A stretch of DNA of 58,195 nucleotides, the filler included, from Sphacelaria rigidula (taxonomy: Eukaryota), in NCBI GenBank assembly GCA_964200075.2. It is 5 parts of 5 records of this genome, joined end to end, with 100 filler letters (N's around TTAATTAATTAA, not from the genome) between each part and the next. Parts side by side here need not be neighbours in the genome. Positions count along the whole stretch, not along the records: positions 1 to 11,560 come from CAXNAA020004780.1; positions 11,661 to 23,220 come from CAXNAA020004781.1; 3 more parts are not named here. The stretch is one strand, 5' to 3'. A program made the translations under genes and the position numbers. Under the pieces are notes generated by a model. It saw only the letters and a list, made by a program, of their open reading frames with translations. It was not told where the DNA came from and made no database searches. Positions within the stretch are counted from its first letter, which is position 1, and every line of letters begins with the position of its first letter. Below are positions 1-12,458 of this stretch, piece after piece.

Positions 1-1007
1 ACTATCGTCATTATCCATCTGATCAGAGGGGTGCCCACCCCTCCAAAAGGGGGTACCCCCCACCCCCCGCCCTTCCCCCCCGCCCAAGAACGAGGTTTTT
101 GGGAATCGGGGGCGGTGTATGACGTATTCCAGTCCGTAAGGCTCCTTGTGCAGGAGCAGATTTTTGGATTACGCTAGGGGTTCCTAACAATTTGAACCTC
201 AACTTTATTTTGTGCAACTCTACCATGGCATGACTCTTTTGTACATGTACCTTTTGGCCACATTCCAAGACGTGGGACTTAAAAGAAACTCGTGCTTTGA
301 AGCTACCCAAGACTACCCAAAATAGTCCCTCACCTCCACCCGCCCAGGTGACGGCGCTGGCACCTCAAGAAGAAAGTTCCCGATGTATCGCTCCAATGGA
401 ATCTGTTCAACCGCCACAACCACCGTATGGCACGAACGACAAACGAAAAAGAGTAGATTGTGGGTTGATTTGTGCGGCGTTCAACAGTATATTTCAGAAT
501 ATATAGATGACTGAACAGAACCCACAACGGTGTGTATAACGGTCTGGATAACGACACCACTCGGGAGCGGTTTGGGGGGAGTTATCACGACATGCGTTGT
601 TCGATGGATTACGAGCACATCATGCGAAGATGTACACGGGAGCAAGGATCTCAAGAATCTATGCGTGCAGGGCTGAATACACGCCACCATCACCATTTCT
701 ACCGCTCCATTTGAGAACACTTTCTCCCACAGAAGACTGGCTATCGCACGGGCCGTGCTCCCCCCCTGATTGCTACTTCGGACTTCGCAAATGTGGTGTG
801 GAAACACACAGGGTGCTTCGAGCAGAGAGCCATCCGCCGTGAGAACCAGGTCAGCTAGAAAAGCCGCCTCGTGCTAGGGGAAAATCCTCCATGGGCGTTT
901 TGTAGGAGATGGAGGTTGCGGGAACCCACTAACGTCAGAAACATGGTCTCCACACAATAACGGGCTTGAACAGTGTTGCTACAGCAGGTTCAACCACAGG
1001 TTTTTAC

Positions 1008-4000
1008 CTTAGAGGGAGAGAGAGATATTCGGTAAAGGTTGAGAAACCACTCCCGGAAGGGCTTGAAGTAAGGCCAAGTAGACAGCAGGCACAGGCACTT
1101 GGGCACGTACACCTCCTGGGAAGGGTCCAAAGAACGGCTCGTAGACTGCTCCTGAAAATGATGCACCGCCACAGCGACAACAAAAGAGACAGTGTGACAA
1201 CGGGATGGGGGTAGTTATCATTAAAAGTTCCTTACACATACATATACCACCATTTTTTCCCTCAGCTTCTTGAAGTTTTGGTCTTCCCCTAAATCTTCGG
1301 ACTACAATAAATCATGAACCCAACCATACATACACATATACATACATGAATACAAACATACATACACATGCATACGAATATACATATATATGCATACATT
1401 CAATCCTTATGTCGATGCCTCGCCCGTGCACACATTCCTGCATCCAGTGCGGGGATGTTTACGTTTATCGCACAAGTTGGCAATCATCAGTCACCTCTGG
1501 AGGATGATCATGACTGTAGCGCGAAAAGCACAACACACGAAAGAACAATCGCACGCACACACGCGCACACACACCCAAGCGCGCAACGCCTGAGGATAAC
1601 GTTTCATGAGGTCAACATGCGCACGCATGCAGCAACAGCCGAACGAAATGACCCAATGTAGAAGCATCTCGTCGTGAGCTGTGCCACAGCCACGCCATCC
1701 GCTGGAGGAAGACACACGACAATCATCAACATGCTACAACGTTTAGTTGCAAGATAGTGTCAGCAGTACTTGAACTTCCTCTCGAACACACGGCACCACC
1801 AAACTTCATGAGACATGGCGAAAAACTAGAAAAAAAGGGAACGGTGACGGAGGTGTTTGCGGAACAGAACGCAGATAACAGTGTTTTCGTGAGATTGAGA
1901 GTAGAGGATACCATTGAGAGTGAAAAGCAGTCAGTCAGTGGATGAATCGTTTCAGTTCCGAAATGCCCCTTCACGACGCCCATTATTCTTTCTGTAGTAG
2001 CTTGCCACTGAGGTGATTGATATCCCCGAGTAGGATATCGACGTGTAGCTGTAAGCACACGCCAGTGATGAGAGACGAAGAGAAGCACAAACGGAATGAA
2101 AAAATGGCTACAGTAAGTTGAAGCGAATGATCAGATCCGCTCTCAATCCGCGCTCTACTCTCATCTTCACGAAAACGTTGTCAGATGCAACGACAAGCTC
2201 TTCGACAACGGTGAATCCAACTGGCACATGCAGAGGCAGCATCGGAAGCTGCAGTATCATCGACGGCTGCATCAGTGGGGGGGGGGAAGAAACAGCAGCA
2301 AACTTCGTGTGACAGCCAGATATCGGCATTGAAGGTCGAATGTACGAAATTCTACGGGAAAATCGAAAGGACTGGCGGGTATGGCCAATGGTTGACCGCG
2401 AACATGCTGCGACAAGGTTTTGGATGCAGCGAAGAAACGCGCGACCTCAAGATTGGCAATCACAGCTTCAGCGGTGAGGATATTACCCCACGAACGGTTG
2501 GACCACGCTCATGTGGCCTGGAAGTCAACCAAAACACCGTGCCAAGACGAAGTCTTCGAGATAGTGGAGCGTCCCGAGTCACCCAGCTAGACACGAGAGC
2601 TCCGAAGGCGTGCGTTCAGCCGAATACCCCAAACGAGGAGCGGAGCCTGCAAGAGTCTCGATAGTTTCGTGCTGAGGATAAATGGTGTTGTGTATAGTAC
2701 TGGGCGCCTGAATTATTTTTTGGTCAGAAGGATTTCTTTTCGTGACTACTTTTCGATAGAACTTGAAAGTGCTAGCGTCGGTAGATTTTGGTACCATGAA
2801 CAAATCGTTTTCTCGTCCCCAGTGCCCAAGTTAGTGTCAGTTGGTTTTATTGGGCGATACGAGTGGATACCCCGTTTATCAGGAGGGTGTTATTGACCCT
2901 GAAACCAGTTTTGTCGGCTCTAGTGCAATAAGTAGGTAAAAATTCAAAACAATGAACCTGTACATTTCTTCACAACTACGATCGGGACAGGCTTGATCGA
3001 CCGAAAATACCGAAGAGTCAGAATCTGGGCCGAAACGTGTCAGGATCCCCAATGATCGGTCAGCCCGTAAGTCACTTCAATATTGAGTATAGGTAAAAAC
3101 AAAATGGAGTGTGAAGCGGATGCAAGTATCTTCTGGTAAGAAAACGAGCCCAAGATAATCGCCAACCACGAAGAAATTACTAAATGAATAGTTCCAGCAC
3201 CCAGTACTGTCTGTAGTGAAACCACTGGAGAAGATGGCCGTGGCTATGATTATTGGCGAAGTGAATGAACATAATAATGATGAGTGGGTTGTTGCGGTGA
3301 CACGAGACTAGGCGGGGGAGGCTGTACAGCGAACAACAACTTTCCGGGTGAGATAATCATGAAGATCTCGTCATGGCGTTTCGAGAGGTTGCAAGCGTAG
3401 AAGGAGGGGTCGAGTGCCATTGCGCTGACGACATCAACGAGGATGCGGCACAGTAAGTACCCCGACTGCGTCGAGATCAAGCTGCAGTCGACGAGGAACT
3501 ATTGCACACAGATCATGGAGGAAAATTTGTGATCTCAAGGACTTGAGGGTAGCAAGAGGGCAGGATCGGCGAGAATGACTTCGACGGCAAGTGCTACGCG
3601 TATCGCCGAGTTGCACAGCGTGAATAAGCTACCAAGAGAAGTGACAAAATAGATCCATGACAGTGGTGGATCCGCACTGCGTGCGATAGTATCACTTACT
3701 AGCGGGGGTACCTCGCGATGGCCGTCCAACACAACACACGGAGAGCAGTGACTACTTCGCTCCGGGGCTGACGAACACACGACCGGCGACTGCAGGGCTC
3801 AGAGACACCCGGTAAGTCCCTTACAAAAACTGATGAGTGTAGGCTGTATGTTCAGGGTACGGAACTCCGAAGCTGGCCTTTGGGCAACCTGAGGGAACCT
3901 GATGAAGACTCTTGCTCTTCTCAGGACTGCATGCGTTCTAGTTTGGGCTATAACCTGGATCCCGCTTCAACAGGAGGGAAAACATCGGGGTGGAATGTGT

Positions 4001-7000
4001 GATGGGCGGGGAGGAGGCCATAATCGGAGAAGGAGACCAGGAGAAACACCGCCCCATGGAAATAGACATGGGTCACGGGCGAGCCTATACGGACTTCAGG
4101 CACTCGAGGTTACCGAATACCTTCGGAAGTCAATACGAGTTTAAGGAAACCGCGCGGAGTGGGGTGCGTCCTGCTTGGGTAGACCCACAACCACCCAAGC
4201 GACACGTACAAAGTGATGAGCCTGACTGCACATGAGATCATCCTACAGGGGGATGTCATGGTGTCCCAATTTCAAGACGAATATGGTCGTGAGGGACAAG
4301 GCGGCGAACACGGTTGCTGCCGACAGGTGTAACTACCGCAACTACTCGCACACCGACGAGTCGGGCAAAACAATGGGCGAACAAATGCCTTACACGGAAG
4401 CGACGCATGCAAAAGAGCTAGAGGAGACTCTTGAGATGGAATCATCTTCACAAACAGCGTGGAGGGAGCCAAGAAGTTTGGTGATTTGGCATCAAGGCGG
4501 CTAAACACGATCAACAGCCGGAGGGTATGCCTACAGGACCCACAAGAAGGGCCACCGTGGCTGCTGAAAGGGTAAAAAGAGCAAAGCAACAGTCGACGAG
4601 CCCTCACACTGTGCAGCATGTTTGAGGACGCGGGAAGGAAGGAACGACTACGCTACAACCGAAGCACTGAAGCTACTCCCAATCGTACGGGAAATACACG
4701 TGCTTGGAAATGCCACAGGGACAGGCAAGCGACTTCACACCCGATCCAAAACCATTAGCCCAAGTATCCCTGTCCGCCGAATCAAAACGCTGCGAATTCG
4801 CATGTCAAGCAGAAACGGGGGGAATGGCTCAAAACAATGCGCGGCACCAAGTGCCAGGTCCTACAGACCAGGAGGTTGCAAGAAATACGGTGGGATTCGA
4901 GAGGCAAGTAAATGCGCTTGGTGAAGCTACGGGTGCAGTATCGTTGCGCAAGGACTCCGTCAAGTGCCACAACAGGACTACGCGGAAAGGTTTGCGCAAA
5001 AACCAACCGCGGCCCACCGCCAGGATGCTGCTAACCCTGGCAGCGATGAAGAGCATAGAGCAACAGTTCACCACATCTAGGTAGAGCAAGCGTTTCTTGC
5101 GAGCAGTCGTTGACGAAGACATCTATATCGAGCTGCCGGAGAAATAACAAACTTTGCCGGGAGCTGTGGGTGAGCTCGAATCGTTCGGTTGTTTGGACCG
5201 GTTCAAGCTTCCGGGGACTGAAACTCCACGTTGACGAAGGCATTCAAGATCGAATTCGAGCGATAAGTGATGGAGCTACGCTTGCTCAAGTAGCCTCAGA
5301 AACGGAGAGATCGAGGAGAAGCTGGTTGTGTATGTGGGCGACATTATGGCGGGTAGCGACGGCACAGTGGCGGCGAATGTCCGAGGAAAAGCTGCCAACA
5401 AATCCTCACACCACGGATCTTGGAGAGGCAAAACTTCTACATGATATGCCGCGTCGATCATGATCGGACCAAGAGAGCACTGACGCTAGGTTAGCATGCA
5501 CACTCAGGACCAATGCGGACAGGGTCAACGTTAAAAACAACAGCAGAGTAGCGATGGCAATCACGGTGTAGCTTATCCAACCAGATTGTCCCGTCACGAT
5601 GTAGAAACAAGAAGGCGTGGTATTATAGAGGCCGCAACGGAAAACAGTCGGGACGTTTTGGGAGGCCAGCAACACAAAAAGGCCGAGATGGACTCATGTG
5701 TGGGCGAGACAATTACGCACGGAGGGTATGGACACGATAGCGACACACTGTGCCGACGCTCGCTGACTTAGACTACGCGACGGATCTGAATGGCAGACGC
5801 TGTGTCTCGAGGGGTCGACAACTTCTGGGAGTGTAGCGCGTGCGACACGAGAAAAACATATGCCGTGGGGACGTGTACGGTAAATACAGTACAAGACCTG
5901 TGCGCAGTACACAATATACCTCCTCCCTCTGAATAACACCTCTGGGTCATGTCTTTCGGCAATTCGGCGGTTCTGTACCGGTGCAATTGAAACATTGCAC
6001 ACGTCGGACAGCTCATGAGCTACCTGGATATTACTTCTAACTAAAGTACTGATCCGGATCATGATGTGATGCGTGAGAGGACCGCGTGCTTCGAGGGTCG
6101 CATCAGAATTTTAACACCCCTATGGTTAGGGTCAGGGTTAGTGTTGGGGTCAGGGGCGTGGTCCCTGCAGGGACTGGCCCGATTGGTTTTGAAAAAAGCC
6201 GACCCTGAGGTGTTTTACACTACGGTGCGGTCCTCTAGGCACGCAGTCCTCTGACGCATTACAATGAGCTAGCTCATTTGGCCACTACTTCCGCACTAGC
6301 TCCCCACAGCGATGAACGCCCAGCACGCGGTGTAGCGGGAAGGTAACGCTTTGGCTTCTCGGACACTGGTGTCACGTGTTTTGTGTTGTTGTACAATCGA
6401 TTTGAGAGTTCTATTCGGTTAGCTATTCCAGTTAGCTCATGAGCTGCCCGAAGTGTGCAAAATTATCATCCCTACAAACGCACCACCCCCAGTCGATGAG
6501 TTTCGGGCCCCAGAAAGGTCATCATCTTAGACGTACTTACCCATGACATGGCCCATCGCCAAAAAAACTGCTTAGGCGCTCGGAGGAGGTGCACTATCGC
6601 TTCTTGCCCGCACGTAGGCAAACACAGCACTGTCCCACCACAAAGGCCAAGCGTGTTGCATTAGCGGAGGCCGAAAAGGGGAAACACGACTCGTACGGCG
6701 AGTGCAGCAGTTCATGGAACCGAGCATCACGGAGTACAGAACACGATTGTAAGCGGCAACGAAGGAGCCATCGACATCGCACAAATATTCCATTACCAGC
6801 CATGAGCCGAAGCACACGGTGATCAAGTCATGTTTCGCACGTGACATGGTGCAACATTGAAAGATAAATATCAAAAGCACCGACACAGGACGCGGATTTG
6901 ACGGTGAAAGCCATGCGAAACGCAGTGTGGATAAGGGTAAGTCTACGTGAGGAGAAAGAAGCAACTGACAACCTCAGGTGATAATCTGGGTGAAGAAGGC

Positions 7001-8625
7001 GACAGCTATTCCAACGGTCCTGCTTCGTGGTGGGAGGAACCAAGTGGAAATTGAGTTATGAGTACATCCTGAGATTCGGATAGTGTCGTCAGAACGACTT
7101 GACGTTGCAAGCGGGCGTGTTGCTATGCGGGAGGTGCTCTGGAGCTGCACACAATGATGTAGCACAGCAGCGCAGTGGGAATGCTGCCTGACCGTTTGAA
7201 GTGAACGGCAAACTTCGTGTTTTGGGGGTTGCCAGCGGGATGTCTTGATGGTGCCCCGGAAGAATGTTCTGGAAAGATATTGACCGAGTCTTCGTTCTCA
7301 GAAAGATTGTGACGATGTGGGAACGTTGTAGGAATCTAGATGGAGAGGTGTAGAGAGTAGTGGGAGAGGGCTTGCACATTAAGCACCAGCCCCCGCCTCG
7401 CTCACTCCATGTCTCCCACCAAGACATCCTACCTGATAAGCAAGCGGTGACAGCAGAACCAAAAAATACAAGCATACAACGATCTTCTCGTACGATGCGC
7501 CGCGCATTGAAAATGTCATTGCTTGCAAGCGAGGAGCCACGCCCACGTCGTCCGCGTGGCAAGACCTATATGGCAATATCAACATAGTTGCGCTCATGGG
7601 AGAAGAGGAGACATACAACACTCAAAGTTGTGTTCTGTGAAGTAATCGGCTGGAATTAGGGTTCTGACAAAGGTGTAAACGAGGAAGTTTAAAATATCGG
7701 TAAAAGTCCACTCTGAATCATACTAGAGTGTTCGGAACAGGGCTCAGTACCCTACCAAGCCATACCGGAAATGTTCGGTACACGTTCCGTTACGCGTTCC
7801 GGTATGGTTTGGTATTTAGTACTGGGCGCCTGAGCTATTTTTATTCAGAACGTTTTTTTCTCGCGACTACTCTTCGATAGAACTCGAAAGTGCTAGCGTC
7901 GGTAGATTTTAGTACCATGAACAGATGGTCTTCCCGCACCCAGTGCCCAAGTTATTGTTGGTTGGTTTCATCGGGCGATACGATAGATACCCCGTTCATC
8001 ATAAGGATGTTATTAATCGTGAAACACATTTTTTCGCCTCTCGTGCAACGAGTAGGAAGGAGAAGAAAAGAAAAAAGCAGCACATTTTTTCACAAATACC
8101 ATCGGGACAGCTCCATCTATCGAAAGTACCCAAGAGTCAGAATTTGGGCTGGAACGTGTCAGGACCCCCCATGACGGGTCAGCCCGTAAGTCACTCAATA
8201 TTGGGTACCAATATTTTTTTTTCTTGGAATGTGGAGCGGGAACAAGTATTTTTACATTCCCGATGTGATGAGCGGTGGCAAGCGAAAGAGTCGAAGAAAA
8301 TTGTCGATTACGAAAAAAATGACGAAATTAATACTTTCGGCGCCCAGTACTGTACCAACCAAAAAGAAAAACGCTTCCGAGTAACACAACCTTGCATATA
8401 CCCTATTAACGCCACTTGAGCCCCATCAAAATCGATTACCCACCGCACCTTCCTGCCGTCTTTCTCCTCGCTGCCGCCACCGCCGGCCTGACCGGTTGCA
8501 CCCTTTCCCTTGTTGCGCTTGCTGCTGTTGTTTCTCCTCTTTTGCTTTTTTCGCCGCGCACGGAGCCCCGCGTCATACTCGTCCATCAACGATTGAAGGT
8601 GTTGTCGATGTCGATCCCCCAACGC
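1008..8625 (-). CDS. DENN-domain protein (Rab GEF-like), partial. Exons 8625-8449 (tentative) and 1151-1008.
   Basis: Exon 1151-1008 (TTTTCAG| ... AAG|GTAAAA, 144 nt, phase 0/0) encodes EQSTSRSLDPSQEVYVPKCLCLLSTWPYFKPFREWFLNLYRISLSPSK. This matches the start of the core DENN domain (PKCLCLLSxWPF..FR.FL..LYR). Exon 8625-8449 (ACGCAG| ... AAG|GTGCGG, 177 nt, phase 0/0, K/R/G-rich) is phase-compatible, but its assignment to this gene is inferred. Confidence 0.75.
1740..3800 (-). mobile_element. Degenerate Ty3/Gypsy LTR-retrotransposon pol remnant (RT-RNaseH-integrase order)
   Basis: Frameshifted fragments resemble RT (ATLK..FSSM; AT.RNAM.EI.HDYL, ~3350-3560), RNase H (SAERTPSELSCLA, ~2580-2625) and a pre-integrase LFTLNGILY segment (~1900-1925). 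It has many stops and is interrupted by a MITE at 2695-3209. Confidence 0.5.
2695..3209 (+). mobile_element. Tc1/mariner-type MITE, family A copy 1
   Basis: Termini (T)AGTACTGGGCGCC ... GCACCCAGTACTG. The internal sequence is shared with 7817-8352 and, inverted, with 23804-24352. Confidence 0.75.
5995..6460 (+). mobile_element. MITE family B copy 1 (carries a nested insertion)
   Basis: ~28-bp TIR TTGCACACGTCGGACAGCTCATGAGCTA ... TAGCTCATGAGCTGCCCGAAGTGTGCAA. Homologous to 8695-8970. Confidence 0.75.
6065..6263. mobile_element. 199-bp MITE with TGT...ACA ends and a 4-bp TSD (Ginger-like)
   Basis: 25-bp imperfect TIR (TGTGATGCGTGAGAGGACCGCGTGC / GCACGCAGTCCTCTGACGCATTACA). ATGA is duplicated at 6061-6064 and 6264-6267. 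The empty site GGATCATGAGCTAG is seen in the paralogous copy at ~8760-8773. Confidence 0.85.
7817..8352 (+). mobile_element. Tc1/mariner-type MITE, family A copy 2
   Basis: TIR AGTACTGGGCGCC ... GGCGCCCAGTACTG followed by TA. Aligns by eye with 2695-3209. Confidence 0.8.
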
Positions 8626-8694
8626 CTGCGTTGATGTATTTCCGCCATCCGGACGGGCGGGGAGGGAGGGGGGGTGGGAGACAGTGGCATCATT

Positions 8695-8970
8695 AATATT
8701 TCACATGTCAGACAGCTCATGAGCTACCTGGATATTACTCCTTAGTCAAGTACTGATCCGGATCATGAGCTAGCTCATTTGGCCACTATTTCCGTATTCG
8801 CCCCCCGACAGCGATGGACGCCTAGCACTCAGTGTAGCGGGAAGGTAACGCTTTGGCTTTTCGGACACTGCTGTCACGAGTTTCGTGTTTTTGTACAATG
8901 GATCTGAGAGATCTTTTCGATTGGTTATTTTCAGGTAGCTGCTCATGAGTTGTCCGACGTGTGGAATATT
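8695..8970 (+). mobile_element. MITE family B copy 2 (no nested insertion)
   Basis: TIR-like ends AATATTTCACATGTCAGACAGCTCATGAGC ... GCTCATGAGTTGTCCGACGTGTGGAATATT. The interior matches 5995-6460 minus the 199-bp insert. Confidence 0.75.
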
Positions 8971-11560
8971 TCCAACAAGTTTTGAGAACAACAATTGCGG
9001 GTCGCTCAGAAATGAACTTCTATAATGGTCGATTTCCTGGATGACAAGAAGAAAAAAAAAAGTCACCCGAACAAAGCGCGAACAAATGCCATATCTCGGA
9101 CAGTACCTTTCTGGCGTGCGATTGTTGAGGATCAACAACTTTTTTATTATCTCGGTGGTAACTCGACGGGAGCCACCTAAATCTACTTGGACAGAATGGG
9201 GAGGAGAGGGTGACGTGTCTTCTCTGTGCTTCTCGAGCGTTTTAACATCCGTAAATCTTGATTTCAGTGTAGGCGCATAATATGAAGGACCGAGTAGCAC
9301 TCAAATCATACCGAAGAGCGTAGAGGCGGCGAGAAACACATCACATACAACGAGATTCACGACAACTCTCTCCGTATCTTGCAGACTGCAGCCAAATAGC
9401 GCATACCCACTGGCCGCAAACACGGCATCATCACAGCGAATGGATTCTTGATATCTTTGGCAAGGTACCGCGACGCAACGGAAGGGTCAAGACTACCGTG
9501 TGAGGCAGATTATAACGGCCTCAGGCCATCACTTGTGGGACCCGAGGATTCATTACCATCGAGTGTTATCCAGAGGGGGGGTGTTATTTAGCAAGCGAGC
9601 GCGTCGTGCACCATGCAACAAACGGTACTCGAAGATGAAGATTTGAGTGTTTTGAGTGCAAGCTGAGGGTTCACAATGTGTGCTCAGCAATCGGAACATT
9701 TCAAACTTTCAGCGACCTGATGTCAAAAACATTTATCCTTGAAAACGTGAGGGTGAAAAAAATATCTTACTTTTCCCTCACTCACAGCATATAGACAGAC
9801 ACAACTAGCTCGCTGCTGGCACGAGACACGCGATGTACACACCGGAGATATTGGCATGGTGCGGTGCAACCCGCAACCTCGACAGTTTGGGGACTGATTG
9901 ATTGATAGGTTGGTCGATCGATGATTGATGATCGACTGTCGCACATTAGGGGGTCCGCTACTAATCAACCCGCGGTCACACGACAGACGAGCCCAAGGTA
10001 AACATGCAGAAACACTCGCCGAAGACAAGTCGACGGCAGGGGCAAAAATGAAAACGAAAAAAATGGAAAAACAAACTGGAAAATAGCACCAGGCAAATGA
10101 GCAGTCCGGTCGGTCTCTATTACAGAAAAATCCGACAGGGCCATGCCGGGCCTTCCAAGGTAGGAGGGCAGAACAAGAAACGAGATACGAGGCCATGGAA
10201 GCAAGTTGTGACTTAGCTATCTGGAGACCGCACTACTCGAAGAGAAACTCTCAGTCATCAACTCTATATGAAAAAGACACAAAACAATCGAACTGTTCAA
10301 GAAACCAAGAGAAGAAAGAAGAGGGGGAAAGGAAAGGCAGAAACAAAGAGAAGGACATGAACAAAACCGGCGCATGAATAGGAAACGTAGCTACAGAATA
10401 GCGTATCGCTCAAGTTACACGTCGAGCAGATAAGGAAGCAGTCAACGCGAGAAGACCGGGGAATCGGTTTCCCGTTCTACCCCCCTTCCGCCCCTCCCCC
10501 CCAGTGAGGGATGACGCGGGCAACTCTCTTGGCCATTTCTATCTTGCATTACTCGTAGGCTGTTGCCCCCGCTCTGGTGCCAGCGGTGGCGATGCCTCTA
10601 CTGGTCTTGGCGGTTCTCAATGCAGCCACTGGCTCGTGACGTGGACCGGATTGGCGGAGCTCCTACCGTCACAATGCCTCTCCGAGCTCCTCCACCCCTC
10701 TCTCGACCCCCGAGTGCAACTTGTCCACGCCCTCGGCGGCAACGACCCAATGTTGCGAGTTTTTTACCTCCAGATCGTGAACAAAATAATTTCCGTCATC
10801 CTCCCTCACGTGGGATCCTACAGCCCGCAAGTTCTCTCCAAGATCGTCCCTTCAGTGTTTCGGAGGTCGATCAGCCCTCCTGTGGCCCTCGTGCAGCCGA
10901 CCGTCCGGACAAGATGAGCTCCGGGAGAAGCGTTTCGCCCTGCTGAACACGGGTTCCCGCGAACCAGAATTTCAAGCTTTCTGGTGGTCGTTTCGGCGCG
11001 TTCGCGTTGGTTCCTCTCTAGAATAGCTCGTCCGGAAGAGGTAATGCCCACCGTGGCCCTTCATGTGGAAACTAACGGCTAGCGGTGAGAAATTGGGATG
11101 GCCAGAGCGCATGCCCTTCAAGTCCCTTGCCCCTAGGGCCCACGTCGCACACCCCCGCATAGCACAGCTTTAATTGACTCCATTCTGAGCGACCAGGTTT
11201 TGAGCGATGGCTGCGCGTGGCGTCTGATCGTACGGTAGGGGTCGAAGCTAGACTTTTCGAGGTATGCCCACGAAATGCTTGTGCGCAGTGTGATTCCGAA
11301 GGAAAGATTCGTGCCGTCGCCACAGTGATACCAAAACAGATATACTCAGCCGTCTCTGCCTATAGCGATGGCCAGCCGCTTCGATGTCCAGTGGGGTTTC
11401 TCTCGAGCCCCGTCACTGATCACAGATGCACGGTCTCTTGTCTTGTTCTCCGAGACCGCCAGTCCGAGCTCCTGATAGACCATGACATGTGAGCAATGCT
11501 ACGGTAGGGGTGCACTTTTTTCGCGATTTTTTTTTTTTTTTATGGGCTTCTAACGATTTT

Positions 11561-11660
11561 NNNNNNNNNNNNNNNNNNNNNNNNNNNNNNNNNNNNNNNN
11601 NNNNTTAATTAATTAANNNNNNNNNNNNNNNNNNNNNNNNNNNNNNNNNNNNNNNNNNNN
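11561..11660. other. Artificial contig linker
   Basis: 44 N + TTAATTAATTAA (stops in all six frames) + 44 N. Confidence 0.98.
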
Positions 11661-12458
11661 TATTACTTGCACTCAGTATACCGCTCCCGAGTTTTTCCGG
11701 AGCGTTTTTTTTGGGTCCCAGATATATACTGAAACGTAATTATTTACGCTAACACAGGGTGGGCCGGAAAAACTCGTGAAGGAGTGTAAATGCTACCATG
11801 CGGTCATTGTCACCACGCCCTAAAACCAGGTGGACTGTGGAAAGACAAAAGGATCTACTGTCATGAGTTCTGCTTATCCCTCTGGCGATGACTTGCAGGG
11901 TGCAGTGAACAACTGCCTAGTGGATGAGGATCAAGAAACGGTATGTAGGCAGTTGATCACGATAGCCGAAAACTGCCCAGAACGTGCAAGGGTGTATGCA
12001 GCGGCAGCGGCTGCTTCAGTCGGAGAGGGGTACTACACTGTACTGGATACTATACTGTTGCATGCATGAGCGCTGCAACGTTGATTCCCTTCGAAGAGAA
12101 TTTTCCGCATGCGACAAGGGGGGAAATGGCGGCCCACCCCGACAATAAGGGGCTGTGTGGCAAGGTGATGGGGACAAACCTATCATCCAAAGCCACATGT
12201 GGCGGGCGGGCGGTCGGTCGCCGCATCCTGTTGGAAGCTAGCTCTTTACCACGACTCATGCTTGCCACATGAGATGTACACCACCTTCTGCGCACCCCGC
12301 ACCTGAAAATAGTTCGGATGAAACTTTCGGTCTTCGCCATAACCCTGCGGTTACTACGCGGATTTCAGCAACAGGCCACCGTTTTGTGCAGACGCCAGAC
12401 ACGTCAATCCTGACCAGCCTACTTGGTCGTTCTGGAGGCCCGGCCCCAAAAGGGTTAA
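11661..12458 (+). mobile_element. Non-autonomous piggyBac-like element, family C (right part)
   Basis: Ends in CCCCAAAAGGG|TTAA. About 750 bp are similar to 19605-20416, and terminal parts recur at 23321-23471 and, inverted, at 34821-34879. Confidence 0.65.

Larger units (their letters stand above)
4200..6960 (+). mobile_element. Degenerate Ty1/Copia LTR-retrotransposon RT/RNase H remnant
   Basis: Copia RT-like fragments VNALGE, IVAQGLRQVP (~4940-4968) and VEQAFL / VVDEDIYIELPE (~5080-5142). RNase H-like HIDIA/DADL segments lie at ~6770-6910. It has multiple frameshifts and is interrupted by MITEs at ~5995-6460. Confidence 0.65.

Noticed and set aside
11605..11616. Periodic TTAATTAATTAA palindrome as a biological motif
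   Set aside because: It is embedded in exactly 44+44 Ns at every occurrence, so it is a synthetic linker.
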